Below are positions 26,113 to 38,900 of a stretch of 64,000 bases of DNA, in pieces. This DNA is from Styela clava. Lineage: Eukaryota. A program made the translations under genes and the position numbers. The notes below the pieces were generated by a model, which was not told the origin of the DNA, searched no databases, and saw only the letters and a list, made by a program, of their open reading frames with translations. Numbering within the stretch: position 1 is the stretch's first letter; each line of letters starts with the position of its first letter. Where the stretch lies: positions 10,788,001 to 10,852,000 of the forward strand of contig NC_135258.1 of the NCBI RefSeq assembly GCF_964204865.1, written 5' to 3'.

Positions 26113-29100
26113 ATGGGTAAGTCTTGACATTTATCTATAATTCGCCGCTTATTATTTCTAAATTTTCAGAAAGTCTTCACAGTGCAGCCGATCATTTATC
26201 GGCAGAAAGATTGATAACGAGAGCAACGCATGCGCTTATTTGAGTAATGCCCCATTTGGTTATGTGAATGGACCAGTCATATTCGAGTCACTTGTTAATT
26301 TTAAATATCAGTCAAGGTAGGCTAGAAAAGTGGCAGAGGCAACAGTCTAACTAAATAGGCCAATCATAACATTTAGTTTAACATTTTGGTTGGTGTGAAC
26401 TAGATGAAATTCCTTATACAGATGCGCGGGACACAAGCGCACCACGCAGGAAGAATTCATTTTGTGAGCGATGGAATAAGACGATGCCATATCACGAAAT
26501 TAAAGCTTACAACAAACATATAGAGATGAAACAGACCTATTTGCCTGGCAGGTGGGATTCTAGATATGTGACTATCTTCGGTGATGCAAGTTTGATTTCT
26601 CTGCACTTCATAATTTAGCTGTTAAAATTAGTTGTTTTATATATAAGGTGGCTTTTTGAAAGCAAATTGCGAATTATAGGATAGTATTTCCTTATAGTAC
26701 AATACAATTTTATTACGATGAACATAAATTTTTCAGAAGCGTCTGTCGATATATTTGCAACATTTTAAGATTCGTTGCCACAATATTGATTTCTGTTGCC
26801 TTTGCATTACATCTCCAATATCACTGGCAAATGGGAAATTATGCGGTAGAAATTATTGTTGTCAGTACCACAGGAATAACATCGTTCACGTTTGTCGTGA
26901 TTCTATATATTTTCTTTGGCTTGAAAGGTGAGATATTAAATGTAGCATCACTTTCATCATCATTTTTTTTTTCTTCAAACGAGGTCTCGAGCCCTGGGAT
27001 TGGTTGAGAGAGTTGCAACAAAGATTTTAAAGGATGCCAGAAGAAGACAATACGTGTGCTGGTCCAGAATCCCCCTCATCTCGTAATTTGGTGAATACGT
27101 AGTCGAAAGAACCCGGTAGTTTCCACTGGAAATGCTCAATCACTATTTTTTTTATTTTTTTCAACGTTCTTCAAGTTTCTTCTCTTGTGTTTATTATGAT
27201 TCCGAAAGTTGTCATGTATGGGATGTTTTTTTCGTGAATTTTATTATATAAACCTGGGGGGGTTTTATGTACTTAATTTAATATGAATTATATTTTGCAG
27301 CATTTTCTCGAAGTATTGTTCATTTCTGGATCAGTCTGATGTATGGGATTCTATTCATTCAGCAGACACATTTAAAACTTCTGAATAAAGCAATTTTGAT
27401 TTGTGTACTTTTCAGCACAGCTATAAGATGCTTTTGTTCGTTAGCAGAAAGAGTATTCAAATTGACAATGCACAGGTAATTGTCAAATACACAACTTTAA
27501 TTTTTAGTACGTCACCTCAAACTCGTGAAATATTGTACATCCATATATATACTAAGTTTTTTGTTTGTACAGATCCCAATTTCTTTCAAAAACAGAACTT
27601 TGTGATTTAGTTGCTTTTGGAAGCACTTGTTTTCTTCTACCTCCTCAAAAATGCTTGGATTTATTACTGGAGATAGGAACTTTGGGATTCATTGTAATGC
27701 ATCTGCGGATGAAGTCTCCACTTTGTATAGTCACAGTTCTTATTTACGGAATCGTAACTGGTAAAATTATTGATTTGTATGTTCCAAAACGCGTTCTCAA
27801 ACGGTGATGCTAGTTTTTTTTTTTATAGTGACACCAACAATCTTAACCACTTGGTTTATTAAGCAATTGGTCCAGTATAGTTTAACAAAAAAGCGATTTT
27901 TTCAAAATGAAAAATAATAAGAATATTAACAACAACAAAATAACAAAGCGATCAATATGTCCACTTCGGGTCCAATAAACATGCTATTAGGTTACAATGA
28001 GGCGGCCGTAAAATAGCTAGCGTCCATGTTTGCTGTTTTTCTTCTATTCAAACAAGAAACTGTCTCAAAAAAACTAGCTATGTTTAACAATTTTATTCTA
28101 GGAATTTCCGTTCTTGGCAATCTTGGAGTGATAACAAACAAATATGCTTTCATATGTTTTGTTGTAAGAATGTTATGGGATCCTATGTTGGATCTATTTT
28201 TCTCCAAGCTCCAACCACTTACACGATGGAAATGTTTCTTCAACATACGACGGTAAGATATGCTCTTTATGAAAACTTATAGATTGCTATTATTGTGTTA
28301 TAGTAAATCGTAGTACTGTATATATATGGTATATTTGATCTATTTAATCTATTTAAATAAACTGGTTTCCCTGTTCGGCCTCTGTTTCCACGGAAGTTTC
28401 ATAAAAAACAGCATTTTCAATTACTTAGTTTGGTTGGAAGAAATGTGTTATAAGATTTAAATAAAAATAATTTCACGAAATTCAAATACAATAAAACACT
28501 GTTCCATAAACCATTATGTGTTCCATTATGAATATAATATTTTCTGGGTAAAATTGGCGCGTATCTGTTTTGAAATTTTATAGTAGTAATAGGTTGAATT
28601 GCGATACTTCGTCGACATAGAAGCTATTTATAGTATATTATACTACTCTAATGCTACTTCAACGCAAAAATCATTGGCAATATTAGGTTGCATGTTTTTA
28701 TTTAAAAATGAAGTTTGAATTTAAGATTGCTGTATTTTATTTGTATTTCAGGATATGGATTTGCTTGTTCTTCTTTTTTCTGCTGATAGTTGAAATCGTG
28801 TTTCTCCTTGTTGCACTCCAGGTACATTTTAAAATATTTATTCCATCGGTCCAACCTGTAATACATATCTAAAAACACGACATATTCACGTAAATCGAAG
28901 AAATCATTTGTTGCAAGTAACGAAATTTTGTCTGCCACGGAGTTTACTCTGCAGAATTTTTGGATACTTTCATTCCACACTTCATGCCTCGTCTTGAAAT
29001 TCAGTTTTGAATAAACAGGGCCAGATTTGACGCACCATCTTACAAAAAATAGTATCTGTAAATATTTATTGAACTTCACAAAACATTTTGATTTTACAGG

Positions 29101-31691
29101 CAATAACAATGCACGCCAAATACGAGTGGCCTGTATTTCTTCCATTTGTTGTTCTTTCTACCCTGTCCTGGCTGGCAATGCACTCAACTTACTTTACAAT
29201 GCAGGTATTGCGACTTCTACATGTACCTGCTACAATTCTTTTCATATTGCTAAACGATATTTGTCTTTCTATCTTTAGGTGCCATTTCTTAATAGAGTCT
29301 CGAGATGTCAACGATTATTGGAAAACTCAAAATTTGAAGAAAAAACTCTGTACCAAGTTTTATCAAGTCAAGGTGATGAGGTTTACAACATTTAGAAATC
29401 GTGCTCGGTAAATGTGTACCCATACCTTGCTCCAATTGACTTTAAATTGACAACCATTCCATGAGACTGCATCTAAAGAAATCTTTCCCTTTGTTCAGGT
29501 GTAAAGTTTCTTTGTGGAACTTGTCATGGCGTTACATCAGGATGTGTATTCGGCACTGGAATATTGGGAACAGTTTGTTGGAGAAGAAATGATGGAACAT
29601 ATCCTGCTCTATTTCTCTTTTTGTTGACGATCGAATCTTTGTCATTAGCGCTGTTTGCACATCTGGCAACCTATCTACGTGGAACTTCTTATGGATATGG
29701 CATAGTAGCTTCATCGGACAACTATTCGAGGTACTGGCTATGGTATCGAATGTCTTAGATTCAAGCATTTCATAAGAATGCATTTAATGTATATTATGTT
29801 GTTACAATCGATTACTTCTTCAAAGTTGAGAACTGTACTCGACTAATGGTTTTGATGCATTCTGCCTTATGCTCTTTCACGCAAATACAATTTGGTGTTG
29901 TGCTTTGGTTAAAATAAATAGGAAAATTTTTCCCAGCTGATGGTCAGTGGTAAGCACATGTGGGATTTTTGATAAATGGTCATGTAAAGTTTAGATTATA
30001 AAGACTCCATGGTGAACACTAATTCAAGAAGCTTTCCCTTATTTTACTATCTTTCGATTCCTTACGAAAATCCAGTGAATCATAATCAGCTTGATCGCGT
30101 TCGTTTCATCTCCCATCGAGGGACAACCAAATAAGAAATCATGAACTATAAACTACCACACTGCAATTCTTGAAAACCTACCTCAGTCAGAGCACATCCA
30201 TATTACGTGTAATCGAGTATTCGCAATATAAATTAATTTTACAGAAACAAGCTTAGCCTGACCCTACCATCAAGTTCTACCGAGGTGCAAACGATGTCCG
30301 CAAGTCGTATGATGAATGCCATTCAGCAGTGAGTTCTATTATCTATCACTTACCAGAATGAATATTGAACTTTATATGGGTTTCTTTCGAGCATATCAAG
30401 ATTGGCATATATTGTCCATTTTATCGTTGTAATTCACTCATACTTTTTAATAAATTTTCAGTTTTTTCCGAGATCAACTCATTGATAGTCTTGGATGTGA
30501 TTGTTGGTCACGTGGAGCAAAGTTAACTCTGTCATCTGTTGAAACTAAACTTGCACTTCTTTTCTCAAAACGAACTTCCCGTGACGAAGTTCCGTACGAT
30601 AACTACGTTATTTACTTCAATGGAATCGCTGATGAAAATGGATCATGGATATTAGCAGGTTATAGATTAAGTAGATTTTCTATAAAACACACACTCATCT
30701 TCTTACGATTTTTTATACCGTCCAACAAAGCTGCACACTAGACAAACAGTCAACACACGCCGATTCTCGTAGAATAGTTTGATTGCCAACATTGACTCAA
30801 ACCCAATCCGGGATGTCAACAACGCAGGATCATTGCGGCTGCAACTTTAAATTTAACAATGATCATCCCTATATATACCTTAGATTTGTATATGCACATT
30901 TTCAACCCAATCAAACGCACCATAGGTTTTGCGTACTGTTCACTAGCCTATCGCTTTCTTTTTTCATCGTGCGTTCCATAGTAATTATAAATGTAACATT
31001 GCTTCAAAAGAGAAGCTACGGTTGTCAGCAATATAGTTTCATCGCTTTCTGAATCCATCAGGCAAAATGGGATATCTTATATTTAGATGGAGGTAGATTA
31101 TCTCTGGACCGACTTCTTCAAATATGGAATGATCGACCAGGCGCTGGTAGTCTTGATAGAAAATCAAGTCGAATGATCATTATATCAGACGCTTCAAATT
31201 CGAAAGCTTGGATTGATTCAATAAAGCGATCAAAAGTCTCTATTGTTTTCCAATGTAGCACATATGCATGCGATGAAGGCTTTAAAACCAATATGATTTC
31301 TGAAGAAGCTTGCGCCAATCGTGGTGATTTTACCTTACTATGGACAGCATTTCTGAAATCATTGCAAAATTTAAAAAACGAAGAATCGCAAGAAACTTTA
31401 ACACAGAACTTCATTCGTGAAGTAGAAGGGCAAGGAATTCGAACAAGATACACGTTATCTAAAAATTATATAACATCTACTTTATCTCCACCAAGCGGTA
31501 ACTTTTCTAGTCACGGATGCTTGCTATGCTGCCTTCCGACGGTTCTATTTACGTCTTTTGTGTCGAAACATTTATTTTGGTTTATGAGTTTTGGACCTTT
31601 GAAACTTTTATGCTTTCATATAAATAATCAGTGCTTCAGGCAGAAGATGCATGACGTCGGACAATTTCTAATTTTAATAAATTCTAAATAA
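26113..31691 (+). CDS. TMEM168: Transmembrane protein 168 homologue (~741 aa, 13 coding exons)
   Basis: Phase-compatible exons: 26113-26116 (ATG G, tentative), 26422-26551, 26737-26927, 27301-27475, 27573-27760, 28102-28252, 28752-28821, 29100-29204, 29279-29372, 29499-29730, 30245-30328, 30462-30658, 31087-31691; total 2226 nt, open. Peptides match recalled vertebrate TMEM168 in order: HLRMKSPL~DLRMKSFL; DPMLDLFFSKLQPLTRWK~DPFLDIYFSGLSVTERWK; LRGTSYGYGIV~LGGTSVGYAIV; MMNAIQ~MLNAIQ; GCD; SRMIIISD~SRLIIVLD; RGDFT~LGDFT; HDVGQ~LDTGQ. Confidence 0.92.
27868..27978 (+). repeat. Dispersed repeat family with terminal motif aacgatccat/aggtccactccgtgtccaat (copy 1 of 5)
   Basis: Related copies at ~32025-32063, ~32120-32143, ~33425-33536 (all +) and ~44265-44294 (-). 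Copies 1 and 4 also share about 100 bp upstream (tccagta..aaaagcgattt..aacaac..aaataacaaa). Confidence 0.7.
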
Positions 31692-32993
31692 AATTGCATA
31701 CGGATTATGCTTGTCTTAAGAAATTCAGTTACATGTTACTATATATAATAAGAGTCGAATACTATTGTCTGTTCTTGGTTTCTGGTAGTCAAATATACAC
31801 ACACCAAAATTAAAATTGGAAATATATGCGGCCATTTAGCAATTTTGAAGAGCTATTAAGACAAGCAATGCTCAAATACATAGACACGTTAATCATAGCG
31901 AAGCAATTCTTACCTTTGACGCAACCGGTACCTACGGCGCTGTTCGCCATTCCCTTTAACAAATCTTAGCAGAGCAAGGACTTCGTTCCATACCACCGAC
32001 GTCCAATGATCAAAAGAACAGGAAGAGAAAAACGATCCATAAGTCCACTCCGTGTCCAGTAATGAAAAATAAAAGTAATAGATATATATTATTCAAACAA
32101 TTCTATTCAAAACTATATATAGGTCCACTGACGTGTTCAATAAACACCCAGAATATTCTGTCATGGTAAAAGTTCATGTTTGAGCTTCGTATAGTCTACG
32201 ATGCCATTACCAGTAAGTAGGCTAAATATTGACACACAACAAAAGCAATGACGTTGAAATTTTTTTGCTTCAGGCTGTTCTATGGATACGAGTTACGGCG
32301 ATAACTAGTTCTGACGTAAGCTGTTTATATATGTATATTTATATAATCGGTATATATATATGTGTGTGTGTATTGCTAAAATTACGCCAAAGCGGTTTAC
32401 ATTTCGCGAATCAAACGGTTTGTAATTCGCTGCTTACTGTATTCTTGACGTATAGCCGCTTGTTAAAATAGCACTTAATCAGTATTTTGAGAAAATCCAT
32501 ATTATTTATTAATCGTTCCTATAGCGTACAGCATGTGGATTGAAATGGCAAGAGCCCGAGATGACAATTTATGATATATAGAATAGCAAAACTGTAAATT
32601 GGTAAAGTATACAAAACTGACGGAAGAAGTGTAAATTGATAGCACAACCGATGACAACACGCGAGTACAAAAGAATAACTTTGGATATATATTTGATTTT
32701 TCTGCTTTACCTCTCTTCACATCAACATTTTGGTTGTTTCATTCAGTTTGCGATTCACTATGTTCTTCCGTTTTGTTGTAACAATATAATTTAAGCCCGA
32801 CCTGTAAGAGTGTCAGTTGTATATAGTTGACTTTGGCAATGAAGCTGTTTCGACTCGATTGTAAAAACTAAACGAAGTACAAGTATAGCTACAGTATATC
32901 GTTTTGAATATTGTTAGGTGAAATAAAAAAGCATCTGAAAAAAAGATGTTCATTTCAAATACTGACTTACATCTACATTATAGTGTTCAAACT

Positions 32994-35900
32994 ATGAAAA
33001 TTATTGCTGCAATTGTATTGTACTGGATTTGCTTAAGTTCCTGTAAAAAAGGTACGTTTTTCTACATTTATTAAAAATTTTCCTAATTTTTAACATATCA
33101 AATAATTACGAATTCAACCACACATTACATTGTGGTATTTATTGTATTATGAAAAGAAAACGAGAGAGCGATGCTCAAATATATGGGCACTAAGAACAAA
33201 GTGGAGAAGTAGTCTATCTAATCTTTTAACAGTAGCGGTAAAAAAACTTCCGGTATTCGCGAAGCAAAAAAACCGAAAGAGAGAGGGCGAAGAAATACTA
33301 CAAATAATTTGTATTAATTTCACAGGAATGTAGGTCATCGCACAAAATTTCGAAGTGAAAAACGTATCACGTAGAGAACAGAAGTTGTGAAATAGATTAA
33401 AATTGGCGAATACCTTAATATTTCAATCCAGTAGTTAATGAGAAAAGCGATTTGTTTTTCATACGGTAACAACAAGTAGAAATATAACAACAACCAAATA
33501 ACAAAACGATCCACAGGTCCACTCCGTGTCCAATGAGTTGTATGTAGTATCTGTTAAGAATCTATTTATTTGCTTAATAAAATTTGGAAGATTATACTTT
33601 GTGAAAATTGCTAAAAAAGTTTGTATGAAAAGAGAGACAGAAAGAAACTAGTGAAATTTTCGACGTTACGATTATGCACAAAAAAAGGCAAAGTCAGCTG
33701 AAAAAACACATTCGTTCTTATTATAGTAGCTTCTAATATAGAAAGAAGGGTGGAGTGAAAAGCTAACAGAACCCAAGTCGTGTAAAAAATACAAAAAAGA
33801 AGCATTATGCATGGACATCATGGCAAGCTACGCATATCTAAGAGAACTGATTTAGCCTAATCACAGCCGGTCCCTTTTTAAATATTATTTGCTTATACAT
33901 TTATTTCAAAATATTAACACATTTCAGTTTCGCGCCAATGCATCCACAAAATCGGTGACACAAATGATAAAGTTAAATTTCCGGGAATGAGGTTTAACGA
34001 CGAAGCGAATAACATATTTACAGAAGGAAGAAGAGTGAAAGGAATTTGTATCATACATGGAAAAATATCAGAAAATAAGCAGTTGATATTGAATATAGAC
34101 CCGTCAGTCGCCTACAAAAACTGGATATCGGTATGCCCAATTTTGCTTGCTATGTACCGATAAAGGAAAATAAACAAGTTCAGTTTTACCTCATTTATGC
34201 AAACTGAAATAAATTGGTGTTCAAAGAATAAAATAAATATAGCATGCCAACAATTTTTCTTTGTTCCTGTTTTCGTATTTTGTTTCTACGTCAGATAAAA
34301 CCCAGTTATTATATTGCTGCTGTAATATGCAATCGCATTTTGAAACAATTCAAAATCGAGCTTGTTTCCGCACCTTTTTGAGCAACTGTTAATGAAATTA
34401 TGCTACATAACTCTTTACCAACTTAGTCATTGGCAAAGTAATCAAATTATTCTATTATTGAAAAAATTGTTTTCATCAAACACAGCATTGAATTAATCTT
34501 GTATTTTTATGTGCTTCCAGATCGGTGGAAGGATTTCAAAATACGGCGACTGGAAAAATATGGTTCTTTTATATTATAATTATCAAGGATTGATTGATAT
34601 GGACATCGACCACGAATATCGTACATTTACAAGAGATGGTAAAAACGGGACAAAAGAAATACTGCTTTCAGGATACAAATTTGACCATTTAAGAATTGTC
34701 TTCCCTCGACAACAAACAAATTTTACAATTACGTATTCGTGGACTAACTACCGTGAGTTTATTGTCATATTTTGACAATTTTTCGTGTTTTTTAAATCAA
34801 AAAAAGAAAGAAAATATGTGTTCGTTTATCTCGAACTAAAGCCCAGTATAAGACGACTACGAACTAAATAACGTGACCAGACACTTAGTTATAAATATCG
34901 GAAATATTTGCCGGAACATCAAAAAAATAATACGATATATATCTACAATTACTTTTTGAGTAGGCATATGAATTATCATATCATTATTGAAGAGCAATTA
35001 AGCATCTTGAATAAATCTATCAAACCAATATGTTTGTATCGACTAGAAAAAAAAAACTGTGTATTATTCTCAATACATAAATAATTTCAAAATGCACCAT
35101 GAATTTAATCTTTTGATCTGAATTAATGTCCCATAAATTTGAGATTACCTGCACGTTACCAAACCGGTTAGTGTACTGTATTTCTAAAACAAAACAAACA
35201 CTACTGTAGAGTGATTAATGTTGCAGTAACTAAACAATGAAAAGTCTTTGCAATGAATGAGTGAATATTTCTTGCACATACCTATAATATATACTCCGAA
35301 AAAAATTACTTTACTTGAAGGAAAAGCCTGTAAACCGTTACCCGACATCGTGGACATAGTAACATGTACTAAGAGAAAAAAAGTTAATTCAGTTTGTACA
35401 GTGAAGTGTAAGACTGGATTTGCTCCGTCACCGATATTATACGAACGAGCAAATGATGAAATTAAAACAAAACTGCCTCTAATGTCGACAACATGCAGGT
35501 AATCTGACTTTCATTGAAAATGTAATATTTATTGATTTGATATTTTTTTTTATAATTTATTTTACATTCTATATATTCAAGTACGCTCAAGACGCCGCCT
35601 TGAAATAAAATAGAAAAAAAGATCATCGATAGACTGATGAGCTATGTATTTAAATATATTTATAGTTATCACCCCGTGGAAAAAATAACAAAATTATGCA
35701 TTAGCAGTGCGTCGAATTTTTTCGAGCGTTCAAATGTTGACGTCGGACAACTCCTGATAGTTGGAATGTTTATGAAAGTTATATTCTATTGTTTTTAACG
35801 GTAATAATTATACATAATCTGCGCGGTACAAAAACAAAGGATCGCAAAAGTGTCCATCTATTCAACTGTGCCCATTCTGAGTTAGAGCAGTGACTACAGA

Positions 35901-38900
35901 TGAGCAGTTATGTACACACAGACTGATAACACCGCATTAGAATAACGTTTTCTGACATGTTTCACAAAACGCACTTTGGGCATATTATGTAATATTTATC
36001 GAGTATTGTTTTAAATGATACAAATTTTGTTCACATCGCAAACCACCGTCTACAAAAATTAAATTATGGCAAATGGCAGGTATTTGAAAAATCACAATTA
36101 TTGTCATATTTCTAATATATTTCGTGTTCATAAATTTTACATATTTTACAGGGGAAATGGTTTTGAGCCGCCAGACTGGTTTCCTAAAATTGCATCAACC
36201 TACTATGAACTGAGCTTCAAGGCATTACCCTGCATCGCTTCGTTCATTCCGACACAGATGATTCCGATACAGATAGTGTGAGAAAAATAGTTACGATTGA
36301 CAAAAGCATTTTCGCATAAAAAAATTCTGTATAAAAAAATAGTAAGTTTTCGATCAAAAATTATAGAATGAAAAATGGGAATAGAAAAATTGACCTTACG
36401 AATAGACAAAGCATCAGAATTCCCTACCATTCTGTAGGGCCGACGCCCTTAACTTTATCTTTTGATGTATAATAACTATATCAAGAATAGAACGATCAAT
36501 AAGTTGAAATCTTTGATGTTTGGCAAATGTTACTGAATTAAAGTACAAATGTGCTCAGAATGTCGAGAAAAGTACTCAGCCACAGTCAATAAAGAGGAAG
36601 TTGCAAGAAAAATAGTACGAAAGCGTAATGAGGCTACGTGTACGATCAGTGGCGTTTCTGGGGTGTTGCAGCCATGGCTCTTGTCATGGGCGCCGCTTGA
36701 ACATGGGCGCAAAAACGGCAAAAAGTTTTAATTTAAATAAATGTTTCAATGAAATAATTTCAAATTGGAAATAAGTGAAACTTGTACTTTTACTCGAATA
36801 ACAACGTACAAGTACGTCATTTCAATAACAGTCATTATAAATTGTCAACCAACTATCAATGGGCGCATTTTCAAACTTTGCCATGGGCGACATTTTACGT
36901 AGATAGCCACTGTGTACGAGTTACCTGGGTCTGGAAAAAAGTGAATTCAGCTTGCTTTTCTTCGCTTTCTAGTTTTGAGAGCTTGAGTTCAATTTGGGCA
37001 TGATGAATGTGTTCTCAATTTTTGTCACCAGGGCACCCGAGGTCAAAGAATGGTATCATGCAGTGTTAATCAAGCCAAATTTCGATGATATGTGGAAGGA
37101 AGATGTTATAAATTCGCACAAATGCGTTGACTTAGAAAACATAGCTGATGCCTGTTTTCGGGCAGAGCCAATATTCGTCACGGATGGGATAATGGTAAAA
37201 TTTGTTGTATGGATAAAAGTAACTTTATAGTGTTATACCGCAAAATTAGATGGAGATGATTGTTTCAGAAAGCAAAAGTATTCAATATGGTAAAATGAAC
37301 TAAATATCGCTAACGCCGAATACAGACTTAACATAACTCTGAGTGTAGTTAATATATATATTTTTTAAGCGATGGTCAAGCACCATTTTAGTACTATCCG
37401 ATTTGCGAATATTTTCATAAAACGTAAATCTTAACTCGCCATTATCTGACTGACAACTGCCAAAAAATAATGTTGTCGTGTAAAAATATGTCGCAACTTG
37501 AATGCACTGTATAATCATTCAACTTTTGCGCATAGAATTTTAGGCTCGACAAGTGCCATTATCCAAATGAATATGTTCTGGAGTTATTCGGCGAAGATGG
37601 GGGCACTGGAGTTGATCCCGACACAATTCCAATTCCAACTCAACCCACGCCAAAAGATCGAATTCAACAAATGGATTCCGAAGCGAAACTGCATCTACTT
37701 TTGAAAGTAATTGAGCAAAGAGAAACTTATACGAAATATCTTCCCAGTGAAACAGAGGTGAGGAAAATTGAAAATTTCCTGTCGCGTATACCTACCAGGA
37801 TAACACAGACAGCATCTTGTATTTTAGAGCCCTTGCATAGTAGATGAGTACGAAGATCTATATAATGTTTTGCGTAAACAAGCTACGACCTCGAAGATTG
37901 ACAACATTTGGAATGAATTCAAAGAGTATGCAGATAAGGTAGGTCAGTGCTTCTGGTTTTAGATCTTCAGTACTGCAGTGTTGATATTAAAATGTATTTT
38001 TAAAATCTTGTTCAATATATATATATAAGAAAAATATGGAACTAATGGCTTTATTAATTTAATTTTAAAATACAGGACATAATCAACAAATTATTTCATG
38101 ATTTGTTGAACTTATTTGGGAAAGTGGGAAAGGTTGGGACACTTTTTTTTATTAATTTTAGCCCCATAATCTGCTTATTTATTTGACATTGCATGGCTAA
38201 GTCAGAGAAGGATAAATGAAGTATTTATTCAGCGACTAAGAAATTCTAAAGCGAGACATATTTTACCACCAAAATGCTCTTAAAGACGTTTGTTAAGTGT
38301 CCCACTGCATCTCACTGGTCAGGTACATTAGGACACACCCTGGTGCACAATGGAGCAGTCTGTTAAGTATAATGAAATATACTGTTAAAAATGAGCAACG
38401 AATCAGCATAAACATTTGAAGAAACTGTGCGACTTCAAATTCAACGATTTAAAATTATTGAAACTTATGTTTAATCTAAATATTTCAGATCTTTTTAAAA
38501 AAAAATTCTCAAAATTTGCATTGGCAACATAAAACTGAAAAGGCGTATCTATAAGGTCTACCATTGTAATCGTAAAACTACTTGTTGAATTTTTTAGATT
38601 CTTTTTATTAAATCAGGAATACATTCATTACTTTTGGATTATGCTTAATTCTAATAAATTGGAAAGGAATACGAAACTTTCATTCTTAGTAATGACAGTT
38701 CTTTGTTAAAAAAAAGCCATAAACGCCAAATACGGATTTTGAGTGCCCAAAAAGAACAAAAACGAATGTGTGGTTTTCTCAATCCCTAAACTGTTCACTG
38801 TTTCCAATAAAATAACAAGCTAGTAATTTAATATCAACAAGTAAAGGGTCCAATTCTAGCCAAAAGCAAATAATTTACTCCTTCGAATACACTTTGAAAA

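Noticed and set aside
26170-26243. Possible extra TMEM168 exon after the ATG exon
   Set aside because: It reads into TGA in the required phase and is not a multiple of three.
28702-29145. 147-aa minus-strand ORF
   Set aside because: Antisense to TMEM168 exons 7-8 and their intron; no motif or splice support.
29937-29949. Apparent microexon ctgatggtcagtg (DGQ) with good ag/gtaagc sites, echoing vertebrate TMEM168 PDGQ
   Set aside because: In the phase required by the upstream exon it reads an immediate TGA, and 13 nt breaks the frame; exon 10 joins 30245 cleanly without it. It could at most be a poison exon.
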